Source of the DNA: Lama glama
Taxonomy: Eukaryota
Reading direction: 5' to 3'
NCBI GenBank assembly: GCA_028534125.1
Contig: CM052817.1
Span: 78,680,001 to 78,744,000, forward strand
Length of the DNA stretch: 64,000 nt
In this document: positions 12,650 to 24,940 of the stretch, piece after piece
How positions within the stretch are numbered: position 1 is the stretch's first letter
Layout of the letters: each line of letters starts with the position of its first letter
Translations under genes and position numbers: made by a program
The notes under the pieces: generated by a model
Told to the model about the DNA's origin: nothing
Databases searched by the model: none
What the model saw: only the letters and a program-made list of their open reading frames with translations

Positions 12650-12990
12650 TTTTTAAAAAATACTATTATCCTTTTAATACATAAAGTTATAGAGAAATTA
12701 AAAATTACCCACAATCTCACCACCTCCTCAAAAGTTATTTTTCAAAAGAACACAAAAGTGTTTCAAAAATTTAAATAGTTCTGAGAATAAGAAAATTAAA
12801 ACGAATAAGCTTTTTTCTCCCTCACCTTCTCCCCCAAATAAATACTATTAGCTATCATTACATTTCTTTTATACTCTTGTGGTTGTATGCATATATCCGA
12901 ACAATTTTTTATCTTGCTTTTTGCACTTGATAATATATAACAGAAATCTTTCTGTATCAACACATGCACATACAGATCCACCTCACTGAA
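12650..12990 (-). mobile_element. Old L1ME-like 3' fragment
   Basis: aaaaattacccacaatctcaccac...atcttgctttttgcacttgataatatat... is typical of degenerate antisense L1ME. Confidence 0.45.
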
Positions 12991-13017
12991 AAAATGACAG
13001 AGAAAAATCATTCCTTG

Positions 13018-13943
13018 CCCTAGCATAGTTTCCACCTGAGAGCAGAGCCTCGGATAAAGGCTGTTGTACGAGTAGTGTTTGGAGGTGGCCCCAGGGATCA
13101 TGAATGAGAGGTAGAGGAAGCATGGCAGCCAGCCCCCAAGACTGCCCAATGTTCCCCATCTCTTGGCATTTACCTTCGTGTGTAGTCTCCTCTCACACTG
13201 CACCAAAATTGATCTATGTCACCAACAGCACACAGAGAAGTGATAGGATGTCCCTTCCAAAGTTAGGTGATGAAAGACACTAGCTTCCTGCTTGTACTCT
13301 CCCTCGCCCTCTCTCCAGGATCGTTCACGCTGGAGAAAGCCAACTACTGTGAGGAAGTGGGTGCTCCTGTTCACAACCTCATGGGTAAGTTTAGAGGTGG
13401 CTCCTCCAGCCCCAGTCAAGCCTTCTGATGAATGCAACCCTGGCTGTCATTTGAATTGCATCCACCTACTTGAAACTGCTTCTGATTTGTTGACCATGGA
13501 AATTGTGAGAATAAAACTTCGTTGTTTTAAGTCACTGAGTGTTGAGGTAACTTGTTACACAGCAATAGATAACTAGAACAAGGAGTCATTCAGAGAGGGA
13601 GGGAAAGTTGACATAAGGATGTGTTGATTTCTGCTATGGTCACTTGATGTTCCATTCAGCAGGACCTTCTGGGGAGCCTTATGAACTGCTCATCAAGAGA
13701 GAAGCATTCCATCAGCCCCATCCTTCATTGGTCAAGCATGCCCCATGGGTATTAACTCTCCAGCATTTCCAGGATATCCATATGTGAGTGCTGAGTGGGT
13801 TCTCAAGGGCTTCCCATCCCACATCCTGAAGCACACGTCATGGCTCAAAGCCAGACTCGCAGGTTGTACCTGTGCCAATGTGACTGAAACCTGCTCCAAG
13901 CTGCAGGCTTCAATGCTAGAGAGGTGGACATGATACTGCCATA
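13018..13943 (-). mobile_element. ERVL LTR (LTR33-like), split by an MLT1 insertion
   Basis: gagagcagagcctcggataaagg...gtagtgtttggaggtggccccaggga (13050-13110) resumes after 13580 (cattggtcaagcatgccccatgggtattaactctccagcatttccagg). Confidence 0.55.
13121..13580 (+). mobile_element. MaLR LTR, MLT1F-like
   Basis: Starts catggcagccagcccccaaga; internal ccagccccagtcaagccttctgatga; canonical end ttgttttaagtcactgagt...ttgttacacagcaatagataactagaaca. Confidence 0.85.
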
Positions 13944-15082
13944 CACTTACAACCATACATATCGCAAGATATTTCCTATGCTCTTCCTTTCCATAAACCT
14001 GTGCTACATATCTCATTTTTAACAGAACATTCTTTTTTAGTGTGTGTGTTTTTTTTTTAATTTCTGAAACTGAATACATTCACCACAATTAACTTTTTCC
14101 TTTATGCAGTAAGTCAAGGTTTATGGTTCATGTGTCTATTGCTTAATTCCACATGAATTTATAAATTAATTACTTTTACTTTCAATCAAATTAGTAAAGG
14201 GTCATATATTCTAAATGATAAGACTAAAAGGTATCAGAAAAATTTCAAGTCTCCACGTTGTTAATCCACCTCACTCAGTTCCCTTTGGAGTCTGTGATTA
14301 AGGAAAGTAAGAGAAATTTAGCACTTTGGGGGCCCATCACGAGCTGAGATGAATCACCGCTTCCTTTTGCACATTAGAAACTGCAGTTGAACTCAACTGG
14401 GAGAGAGGTTGAAATGTTGTTATTTTTCTTTTAGTTTGAATTTTGTATGATTTCTCCAAATCAGCTTCCTATTTTGGGGAGGTCAGCCTTAAACATATGA
14501 TGGCATTCTACCTGCACCGGGGAACACAGGATCCTGCTTAAAGAAGGAGCAATCTGACTTTGCGAATCTTTCTTGTCTGAAATTGGATGGAGAGATCCGT
14601 TGGCAGAAACAGCCTTTAAAACAAAGGCAACAGTGACTCAACTTCTGAAACAGAGCCAGGTTCTCAGGCGGCAGGGTGCCAGGGTTGGCAGAGAGAGAGC
14701 TCATCTCAGGAGAGCACAGGAAGTTACTTAATGCTGCTTATGAGTAAGAAGAGAGTTGGATCCGTGATGATTGAACTCGTCTCTATTTATACCTCTATGC
14801 AGATCCTTTGATATGTGTGTGTAAAACATGTATTGTGTATTTTTATTCATCTGTGTTCTACGTTTTGCTTTGATAGGAACCCCCCACCCCCATCCTTCCT
14901 CTGCTTTTTGAATGTTGTAGTAATGAGTCACTGCCACCTATTGCTTTGAAAGTAAGGACTTTCTAGGTCAGAGATTTTTTAACATTCCCCTTTATTCACT
15001 GCCCTTAGCGGGATCTTATATAAGTAAATGTAGTTCAGAGAATGCTTGAATGAGGAAAGAAAAACCTAATCTGTGTTGACAA

Positions 15083-15282
15083 TACAGCTGCTATGTGCCA
15101 GGCACTTTATACACTGTGTTATTTAATCCATAACAGGTATTCTGTTTCACTCAGAAAAATGTGAAAATGGTAACAGGGGCTTAGTTATGTTAAGAAACTT
15201 CCCCAACATAAACTTGGATGTGGCAAACTGGAACTAGAGTTAGGGTTTGCCTGATCACATAACCCACGATCTTCTTACCACA
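15083..15282 (-). mobile_element. MIR SINE
   Basis: ctatgtgccaggcacttt...atttaatccataaca...aacttccccaacataaac...gggtttgcctga resembles antisense MIR. Confidence 0.65.
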
Positions 15283-16727
15283 TCATACTCCCTCCAATTC
15301 TTTGTAATCCTTGCCTTTGCCAAGGTCCAATGCTGCGGCATTGGGTGGGTCACCACCTCACTGTCTAATTGTTTCTTCTGAGAAATGAGATACTTAAAGA
15401 ACCCTGAAAGCTAGTCCAGTTCCAACATTATTTAAACTTCACTTTATTTTACATCAGAGACTTTCAGGGTCTGGCCACTGATAATAAACATGCTGAATAA
15501 TATTCATAAGCCATGTTTGGTACTGCTAGATCTGTCCTTATTCAGACGGATTAATGTCCCATTTCTCAGAGATGTGTCCATTTGTTTGGCTGTTTAGAGG
15601 TCATTTCTTCGAAGAGAGAGGCCTCAGATAATCTGCAGTGAGCTGGGAATCAATTTAGGTTTTCTTTACCTGACTGTAGGCCTTCAGGCCAGAATGTCTT
15701 GGAAAATTTTAGGAAATTCTGCTAGATTAAACAATTCCATTAGTGAGAACAGAGAAGAATTTGGGGCCTCTAGCCCCTTCTTTCCATCCTTAGGGTTAAA
15801 GATGAATTAGCAAAAAGCTGGAAAAAAGCAGTATCATCCCAACACTCTTACAGTCACCACAGCATCTGCACAACTCACCATCTCAGTTCTAACAGGTGCT
15901 CCTATGTGCAGGAGTTGGGTGATCTTTCTGGCAGTTTCAAGATACGTTATTTTGTTGGAGGTGGTTTTTGACATAATATTAAAAGATAATATTTTCAGAT
16001 GCCCTTACTACTTTAATAGGACTTCAGTAATTCTACTTTCTTTCCTAGAAGAGAAAGAACCCACCTGCCAAAAGGCACCAGGGTGACAAACATCTTGTTG
16101 CCAATTGTTGGTATGAAAAGTTGTCTTAAAAAAAATTCTGATCCACTCCATCCCTTTTGGTCTGTTAGTCAATCCACTTTTTTTTTTAAAGATCCATTTT
16201 GAAAATCAAAGAAATAAGCAATGTGATCACTGCCAATTTCTATTTGATAAGCCGATAGAGAAAGTTACAAGGGCAAATGACAATGAAGTGAAAAGTAATA
16301 AAGGACAACTGAATGCAAGGCTTATTTCTTAATACTCTGCGCATCATACTCCAAGCCATGTTTAGATTGAATAAGATAAAGTAAGTATCAGGCTTTGCAT
16401 GTATTTTTGTCTTGAAATTACATTTTTCTCATTGAAACGAGAAGCCAAAATTTTGCGCTCAGGTTGTGGGGCAATTTAACTGAAATGTATTGGAATTATT
16501 AGTAACTTTTTGTTAAGTTGAATCAGATAGATTTTAACAACAGAAATCTCTTCTTTCTAAGTAAAATGGAGGCAACTATTCAGACAGCAGAATTAACCCT
16601 CTCGTGATTGGCTTTTTTATAATTTAATTTGGTCAGATATAGGAGGAATTGAATAGGCTCTCTTTATTTAAAGAAGCCTGCAAATAATTCTGTGACACGG
16701 ACTAGAGAGCCACAAAATAAAAGATAA

Positions 16728-16808
16728 ACACTATTACTACCACAAGTACCACCAGTAACTGCCACTACTACGACTGCTACTACTGCTACTACTGTTTCTG
16801 CTGCCACT
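16728..16808. repeat. Degenerate (ACT/GCT)n simple repeat
   Basis: actactacgactgctactactgctactactg. Confidence 0.75.
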
Positions 16809-16899
16809 AATTACAATTTATCAGATCCTGACCACGTATCAGACACTGTGCATAATGAAGCATTATTTCTTGGCAGTGCTAAGTGTCCTTTTTCCCCCT

Positions 16900-17209
16900 A
16901 TTCTTTGTATTTTAATCTTATGATTTATATATATTTTATTTTAATACACATTTAAATATTGCCAATCAAAGCAAAATTCATATAAAAGCAATCGATTAAA
17001 TTTACACATCTTTGATATTTTGCCAAGAAACTATATATAGCTTGATGCATATTTTTAAAATTTTGCTGTGGTAAAGGTCTATTTGTCAGAGTGCACTTAT
17101 AGGACTCATTTTATTTGTTATTTGTAACTTCTAAATATTTAGGGTTATATTATATTGGCCTCCATTTGTATTCTTGCCAGGGCCCTGCAAATGTTAGGGG
17201 TGGGCATGG
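16900..17209 (-). mobile_element. hAT-Tip100-like DNA transposon fragment (MER115/Zaphod-like)
   Basis: Terminus ggcctccatttgtattcttgccagggccctgcaaatgttaggggtgggcatg resembles a hAT-Tip100 end; left boundary uncertain. Confidence 0.45.
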
Positions 17210-18779
17210 AGAGAGGCACCACCACTCCTGAAACATCCTCCAAGTTCCAGCCCCTCTTGCCCGACTTAGGGGTCCCCTCATTTAACCCCCTTCTTTTACA
17301 GATGGAGGAACCCTGATTGGCTGCAAGTCTATGCCAAACCATAATGTTACCTGCCTAGGACCGGGAAGCAAGCAGAGTGGCACATTCCTTGAGCACAGCT
17401 GGAGGACTGCTAGGTCCTCTCTTGCAAGCAGCTCACTCATCTTAGACTGAAACCATGGGCCCTGATAGCCAGTTCCATGTGAGCTTATTCCTGAGGATGG
17501 CAGGCAGCTCACCTTGGCAGCAGGCCCTTAACCAGGGGCCCTGTCTGATTGCTAACCCTCTCTCTCTAAATTACATCTCTTTTAACAAAGCATTGCATTT
17601 GTGTGTGTATCAATACCACTAATCCTAAAACAGCTAATTACAGAGAGGCCATCTCACATCTATTGAACTCAAGGATGCTGGGCATGGCAGAAGGCATCGT
17701 TTAGCTTGCGTACCTCCCACCGCTGGTACCCAGAGCAGTCTCCCACCTCCTCCACAGGCTCCATTCCATGTATTGGTCAGGGCCCCAGAGCAAGCCACAC
17801 CTGTCTGGCTGAAAATGTTCCAGACCAACACACTACAAGCCAATGGGCCCTTTCATTCCATGTCCTCCCTTGTCTCTGATTGACTCTGTGATGTGCTTTC
17901 AGGTCTGTCTCAGATCATGCCAGATAAGGGTGGACAGTCCTTGTACAATGAGACTGCCCTTTTCATACCACGCACTGGCCTCTTGCCTGTCCTTCTCACT
18001 GACAACATTGTGTGGAAGGCAAGGGTGCAGGTGACATTGAAAGACAGAGCATTCTAGAAATACAGTGATTATGGCCTAAAGAGTTCAAAAGAAGCTATAG
18101 TTGGAAGATGTGTTGTTCTATATTTAAGCTTACAAAGTTCTGCATGGTAAATTTCACATCATCATAAATAAATGATTGTTCTAATTTTCCTGCATAGATG
18201 GGATAAGACTTACCTCTGTGAGCTTCTTCCACAAAGCCCAGAGCAAACTTTTGAAGAGTCATTGGAAGCCAACATTCATGGGCAGCACAATAGATAACAC
18301 ACTGTGTAATGTTTTAACCAGCGCTAAAGAGCCAGTGTTGAACAACTGCAGAGGCAAGAAGAGATTTTATTTCCCCCATATAAACAGGTTCTAGAGATAC
18401 ATGACATTGTGAGTTACAACTGCATTGCTACCATTTGCTGGTGGTGAGAGGTCTGAAATGAACCAGAAACTTCACAATTGTCAACAAAGAGCATGAAAAT
18501 GTGGTTCCTAAATCTGAACAAAGAGGTGATGCCTGGACACCATGAAGATTCTTTATTGAAATGATTAGACCATAAACAAAGACGTAAGTATTTCTTCTCT
18601 TCCCATGATTCTAAGTCTTCATCAATAAAACGCTATACCTCCCATGGACATATAAATTTGATAATAAGGGATCCACAAAAAATTCTTTGCCTAGAGGGAG
18701 CTCTGTGGAGGACCCTGGGAGTAGCTTTCTCCTTTAGTGTCCAGGAACAGGGGCAAGGCTATACTGATGATAAAGGGAG

Positions 18780-19015
18780 TGTAATGTTGATGTAGCAAGA
18801 TCACTGGTCCAAAAGACAGAAGCCTGAGATCAAGTCTGAGCTCTACTTCTTACTAGCTGTGTGGTCTTTTTAAATGAACTTGACATCACAAATTCTCAGC
18901 TTCCTCATCTACAAAACTGTAACAATGATATGTGTCCCACTTGCCAAATAGGTTTATTCCACTAATAACTGATATTCATGGTTATGAACAAACTTTGTAA
19001 ACTTTACAGTGATTT
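18780..19015 (+). mobile_element. MIR SINE
   Basis: tcaagtctgagctctacttcttactagctgtgtggtc...ctcagcttcctcatctacaaaac. Confidence 0.75.
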
Positions 19016-20103
19016 GAAATGGGTATTTCGGAATAGCAAAATTTGGATAAATACAATGAAAAAATTTTCCCTTAAAAGTAATTTAATACTTAGTTACTAC
19101 AACTGGTTTATTTTATTCTAATTAAACAGTGAAAAATAGTCCCTCTAAGGTCACCTTTTCCTTTTGGTGGTTCACAGCAGCGTTAATTAGGCCTCTTTAT
19201 GTAATGGAAGCAGTCAAAATTGCATTAAAATTATTAAAAAGCCATTTCCCCTCAGAGGCTATTTGATTTGGGCTTTCCAAACCACTGGCAATTTCACTGC
19301 TGTGTGTTTTCAGCAAAATTATATGTTTAAAGCTTAGCTATAAGCTGAAATTCTGCCCCAGGATACCAAGAACACCACAAGTTTCCTTTGGTGTCATTTG
19401 TGTTATGATTTTAATTATTTATTGACATTTCAGAAACGAAAGCCTCGGCCTCCACCCTCTATGACTTCAAAAGATGGAACCCATTAGATCAATAAGTGGG
19501 CCAATGGGCCGAGGAGTAATTTATAGCCTTGCTGCTGTTCAGTTTCCTTTTAGCCCGGGGTCTCTTTTACCCGGGAGAAGACGAAGACCAAGTGCCGTGG
19601 TCTAAACAGAAAGTCAAGTGGAGAAAAGACTGGACTCGATTTTCATTATCTGGCTAAGAAAAATAAACCTCTCCATCTCTCTCTCTCTGTCTCTAGCTTA
19701 TTATAGCTCCTCATGGCAAATATTTCAGAAGATTAAAGCCCACAGTCCATTGTCATTGAAGAGTTAGAGTGCCTGAGCCCCTTGTCTCCTTGGAACAAGT
19801 TTACCTGGGTTAGACCTCATGTCAAAAATCATGAATATACAGCCAGGAACTCTGGAGTGGAAGACAGATTGTGGAGATTCTAACTAACTTACCCGCAAAT
19901 CCTTGCACACTGTGAAATCTGCATGTGGCACAAGTGAGGGCATCTACCACCACAGTATCATAGATGTAAACAAACACACTACTGTGGTTTACGGATAGAA
20001 ATAAAGTTCTCTCTGTGTTTCTGACCTTAGCCAGAACATTGTTAAAAGGTTGTGAAATAGACTCATATGGAGATACTGTAATTGAAAATAAGAAAACCTA
20101 AGA

Positions 20104-20280
20104 GGGGGAGGGGGCATAGCTCAGTGGTAGAGTTTGTGTTTAGCATGTGTGAGGTTCCGGGTTCAATCTCCAGTACTTCTTTTAAGAATAAATAAACAAA
20201 TAAACCTAATTACCTCCCCACAAGATAAAAAAATTTTAAGAAAAGAAATTGTAAAAAAAAAAAAGAAAGAAATGGAAAAA
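20104..20280 (+). mobile_element. Vic-1-type camelid SINE
   Basis: gggggagggggcatagctcagtggtagag...ttagcatgtgtgaggttccgggttcaatctccagtac...taaacctaattacctcccc with a long A-rich tail; approximate TSD aaaacctaaga / aaaaccgtaaga. Confidence 0.88.
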
Positions 20281-20994
20281 AAAACCGTAAGAAATATTGA
20301 GAAGTCAAAAGTGACTATGATGAAGGCCTGAAGGTCTACTTTGAGTTAATGAAGTCTGAAAATGATTTAATAATAGCTTTCAAATAATAGAAGGGTAATT
20401 TTTTCTTTTGTTTTTTTAAAGGAAGTTTTTTTTTTTTTAACAGGAGGTGATGAATTTCTTTCTCATCTTCCTGATAAGCCTTTATTACTTTGCTTGAATT
20501 TTTTCTTTCCAATCTTCTCCCCAACTCTCTGTTCTTTGCAACCTCAAAATCAGTTCTTTCTTAACCCTGAAGACATTAATTTCAAATTTACAACAATTTT
20601 AATTCACCGCCATGACACATAGGCTAGTGCTATTCCATCACTAAAATCTGTGATCTCTTCAGCCGTTCAACCCACCTTACAGTCACTGCTTCCTTCAGTT
20701 TACCATTCTAGCCTTCCTTCTCAACTACTTAACGTGACTCCTACCCTGGGGTCAATTTTCTTGCCACAGGACTTCGAGGCTCTGCTGGCTTTCTAGTCTC
20801 TGTATCTCTCCTCTCCCGTGGTTGGAGATATTTCATCCTTGCCTGCAGACAATCTTAGCCAAACCTCCAGGTCTTCCTCACTGATTTGTCAGTTAATAAC
20901 AACTTAGTCATGCTTTCTTGCAAATACCTCTTGTTCCGTCCTCATTATGATTAACTCTAGTTCAGGTCGTGGTAAGCCTTTTCCTGTAGCAAAA

Positions 20995-21150
20995 GCCAGC
21001 ATACCAGGTTGGTTAAAATATCTGCACCTTGAATTTAGACAATTTGGGTCTGAGTTTCAGTTTTCCCCTTTCTAGCTCTCTGGCCTGGAACAAGTTGTTT
21101 AACCTCTCTAGATCTCTCTAAACTATACAAGAGAGGACTATTGGTAGCAT
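20995..21150 (+). mobile_element. MIR SINE
   Basis: tggttaaaa...agacaatttgggtctgagtttcag...ctagctctctggcctggaacaagttgtttaacctctct. Confidence 0.7.
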
Positions 21151-21157
21151 CAAGCTA

Positions 21158-21985
21158 CAGAGGCAGATTTAACATGAAACTAACAAAGCTTAAGCTTTAG
21201 GTTTCTTCCCTCACATGGGATCGCTTTCAAGCCTTGGGAGGTGGAGCTGTAGCAGTGTGTTTTACTTAGCCATATCTTCTTGAAAATTTTGCAACAGTAA
21301 GTTTGCAGTCTGTCTTCCTGTGTTGTAATTCCCATCATTGTACAGTATCTGGAATGGCCATGGACGTTTCTGGGATCCACCTAAAGGGAAGTTTAGTTGG
21401 TCATACATTTAATTTGAGTGTAGAAAGAGATATGTGTTTCACAATCACTTCCTCATGTATGGTTAAATTTTGCTTACTTCCAGGAATATTTCTACTGCGC
21501 TTCCGGTATCAGAAGTATGTGGATACAGGAGGACAATCAAGATGTGAAATGAAGAAAGCCAGAAGATAGTTTGCATAAAACTCTCTCAATTAGATTTATA
21601 AAATTAAAATTAGAGGACACCAATCCTGTACAGATCTATTCAAAATGGAAGGCATTGCCTATCAGGAATTTATTCAGTAAGGTGGCAAATACAAATATGA
21701 ACGTACCGTATGCTTTTTGCCCTCTTTTGATAAATATCATGCCAAGTAGATCTTTCCCAAATTCCTGTGCTTGCAGAACACAAACCAATAGAGGCAGTAT
21801 TAGAACCAAAAGCAATTATATCTGTGAGAAATATTAAAGGCATTTGGTGGAGCTTTTCCCAGATTTGACAACCATCTGAAAAAGCTGTATTACCAAGATC
21901 AATTTTCAATTTAATAAATAATGACATTATCTGTAATAAGTTAAGAAGTTGAAAGAAGCTTTTCTAAATAAGCAATAGTTTAAAA
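21158..21985 (+). mobile_element. Arthur1-like hAT-Tip100 DNA transposon fragment
   Basis: Start cagaggcagatttaacatgaaactaacaaagcttaagcttta matches my recollection of the Arthur1 terminus; decayed AT-rich internal sequence follows. Confidence 0.7.
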
Positions 21986-21999
21986 ACAACAACAAACAA

Positions 22000-22115
22000 G
22001 GTGGGGTGGATATAACTCAGTGGTTGAGTGCATGCACAAGATCCTGGGTTCAATCCCCAGTTCATCCATTTTTAAAATAAATAAATAAATAAACCTAATT
22101 ATCGCCCCTCACTCA
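22000..22115 (+). mobile_element. Vic-1-type camelid SINE with internal deletion
   Basis: ggggtggatataactcagtggttgagtgcatgcacaagatcctgggttcaatccccag...taaacctaattatcgcccc; TSD aaaaacaacaacaaaca (21982) / aaaaacaatgacaaaca (22116). Confidence 0.88.
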
Positions 22116-22132
22116 AAAAACAATGACAAACA

Positions 22133-22590
22133 TCTATTGCCTGGATAACGCTCTGTACCAACTACAAAATCTCAGTGGTATTCATCAATCAGCATTATTG
22201 TTCATGAGGCTGGAGGAAGACAGGCCTTGACTTGATGGCTCTCTTGATCTTGACTTGATTTCTTCATGTGTTCGGGGCCAGCCAACTGTAGGCTGATCTA
22301 GGCTTGCTTCAGCTGCGACAGCCGTGTTGAGTGGACTCCGCTGCGCGTGTCTCCCATCCTCTGGCAGGCTGGTCTTAGTCTTACTGCAAAGACAGAGGTG
22401 CAAGACAGAGGAAGCTCAGCTGTGCAAGTGTTTTTCAAGTCTTTTCTGCCTCCAATTTGCTAACATCTCTTTGGCCAACTCAAGTCCCACGGTGAAGCCC
22501 AAAGTCAGAGTAGTAGGGCTCTACATAGTTATGTGGCAAAAGTGTAGATGTCGGCAGGGGTGAAAATGGGGGCCACTTTTGAAATTTAAT
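22133..22590 (-). mobile_element. MaLR LTR (MLT1G/H-like)
   Basis: tctattgcctggataac...aaaatctcagtgg...ttggccaactcaagtcccacggtgaagcccaaagtcag...gtggcaaaagtgtagat. Confidence 0.7.
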
Positions 22591-23284
22591 TAGTCATTTA
22601 AATATCAACACTGTAAATATGCTTTGAAGGTATGGTACAATCACTTCTGAGATTCTCAGATTTATTTCACAAAATTCCTACCTTTATTTCACAAAGTGCT
22701 AATTACATAGTGTCACGGTAGAAAACAATTATAGGTATGAGATTTTAAAATTGGGACTTAGAAAGAATATACGATAACTTTTAAACATTAGACATTGCAC
22801 AAACTGTCCCCTTGCTGCTGAAAATTTACTGTCAAAAGATTTATCCCAAGAAAGAAATTAAAAAAAAAGAAAGAAAATGATTTATCCTGTTTTATTCATT
22901 GTGTTACTTACTAACCTTTAAACCAAGGAGACAGCACATGTGTAGAGGGCTTTGAGAGATGTTCAGATTTTATCACGATGTTATTAACTGAACTTCATTT
23001 CATAATTAGTTGTTAGCCTTGTGGTGTAATTATTTTTCATTCCTTATGTAATAGCAGAAAGCAGAGTTAAATAAAAGATGGAAGAGGGGACAATGAATAG
23101 CTGGGTTGGTGCATTGGGGCTGGAATGCTGGAAAAGGTACTGGCCTCAACAGGCAGCGGGGTCGGTGGGGCATGATGTCAGTCGCCGTGTGCAGCGGAGA
23201 AGCAGGAGGGCTCTGAGCGCAAAAAGAGGAAGCACCCCTCAGCAGCAAGGAACCGAGAGCTCTCCATTTGAATTCAGCCCCTTC

Positions 23285-23945
23285 TGACCAGCTCTCCATG
23301 GTGAGCCAGAGTGGTTTTTTCCTAAAGCACAAATACGATTCTGTTACTCCCCGGTTTAGCCTCCAAATTGAAACTCCTTAGTGCTCCCTGATCAGAAAAG
23401 GCCTCACATCTCTAGTCTTAATTCCTAGCACTCCTTTTCAATCTTTTGTTAAAAAGGACAAAGAAAAAGAAAAAGAAAGCCAAGATCAAACAAAGGTGAA
23501 AAAGAGGCTTCTCATTCCCTGAAGGTGCCGCGGCTTCCTGCTTCTGATCATTTGAACACACCATGCCCTCTGCACAGAACAGCTTCCCTCCCGCCTGCCC
23601 TTACCCTGCTCTGGACCCAACACACGCACACGTTTTCATCCCTCTCCTTCCCTTTCTAGTCTTCCTTCAGCGCTAGGCTCAGATCATACTTTCTCCAGAA
23701 AGTCTTTCTGGAAACCAGCTCTCCTCAAACTGACTCAGTGTCTGTCCTCTGGGAGCTCCCAGATGCCTGCATTTAACCCCGCCGTAGCCTTCATCACTCT
23801 GTGCTGAAATTGGCCCTGTAGGCTCTGTTTCTTTTCTGGATGCAAGACTCCTGTGGTCAAGGATTGTGCCCTGCTCAGGAAAGTCACCCGAGGGCCTCGC
23901 ACAGCGCCTGACACAGGAGAGGGACCAAATATTTGTTTTAAACTA
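23285..23945 (+). mobile_element. L2 LINE 3' portion
   Basis: gccagagtggttttttcctaaagcacaaatacgattctgttactcccc...gcacagcgcctgacacagga...aaatatttgtt. Confidence 0.75.
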
Positions 23946-24549
23946 AACACCATCAGGGAAAAATAGGGAGAATTACATTCCTATATGAAGTAACCAGAGA
24001 TCTTCCGAATGTAGTCAGAAGAATCAGCGCTACTCCCAACACTTTTTGCTCAGTCATCTGTCCTTTCAGTATTGCCATGTAGGGACAAAATATCTCCAAT
24101 ATTCTAAAGATAAGGGAACAGACACTGTGCCTTTTTCATGCCCGAGGACACAGTGAGTCATAACAGGATGCTAATGTTTGCTGGAAACACTGTCTCTCTG
24201 TTCAGTTAACCCCCGCCATCCTTCACAATCAGCTGTGTCATCTCCTGATGTGTTCTTTTGCTATAAGTCATCAACGTATAGCTTGAGCCGGGAAGCACAT
24301 TCACTCTCTCAGGCTACCTGTTACTGGTAGATTGTACTCAGGTAATTCTTTTGTAGTTGATCTCAGTATTTGTTTAGATCCAGGCTTGAAGAAATTATAA
24401 AAATTAGAACTTGTATGTGTGTGTGTAGGAAGAAAACTGCATGTGTAAGAGAGAGAAAGATAGAACATGCAAAGAGTTAAAAATAAGAAATCTATGCCTT
24501 CTATCATAACAATAGGAAAAAATCTATTATCTTGGATTTAGAGTTAGGT

Positions 24550-24940
24550 AGTGTGTTCCTATTTTCCATCGCTGGGTAAGGAATCACCTCAAAACGTATT
24601 GGCTTGAGACCACAGCCACGTGTGTTTTGCTCCCCTGTGTTTGGATTGGACTCAGCTGGGAACGTTTTATTTGACCCACTCTCTACTGCACTTCAAAGCT
24701 GGGGTGACTTCGAGCCCAGGGGCTCAAGTCATCTGAAGACTCGCTCACTTACACATCTGGGAGTTATGGGCCAGGTACAGCTTCATGTGGCCTCTGTGTG
24801 TGGCCACTTGGCTTCCCACAGAATGATAGATGTGTTCCAAGGGCAAGCATTTGGAAAGAGAGAGAAACCAAGAGAGGCAAAAGCTATAACCTTTTCAGAA
24901 AAAAGTTAACCTTGGAAGTCTCACAGTGCCACTTCCAAAT
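24550..24940 (-). mobile_element. MaLR LTR (MLT1-type)
   Basis: aatcacctcaaaacgtattggcttga...ggactcagctggg...tcatctgaagactcgctcact...cttggaagtctcacagtgccacttcc. Confidence 0.65.
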
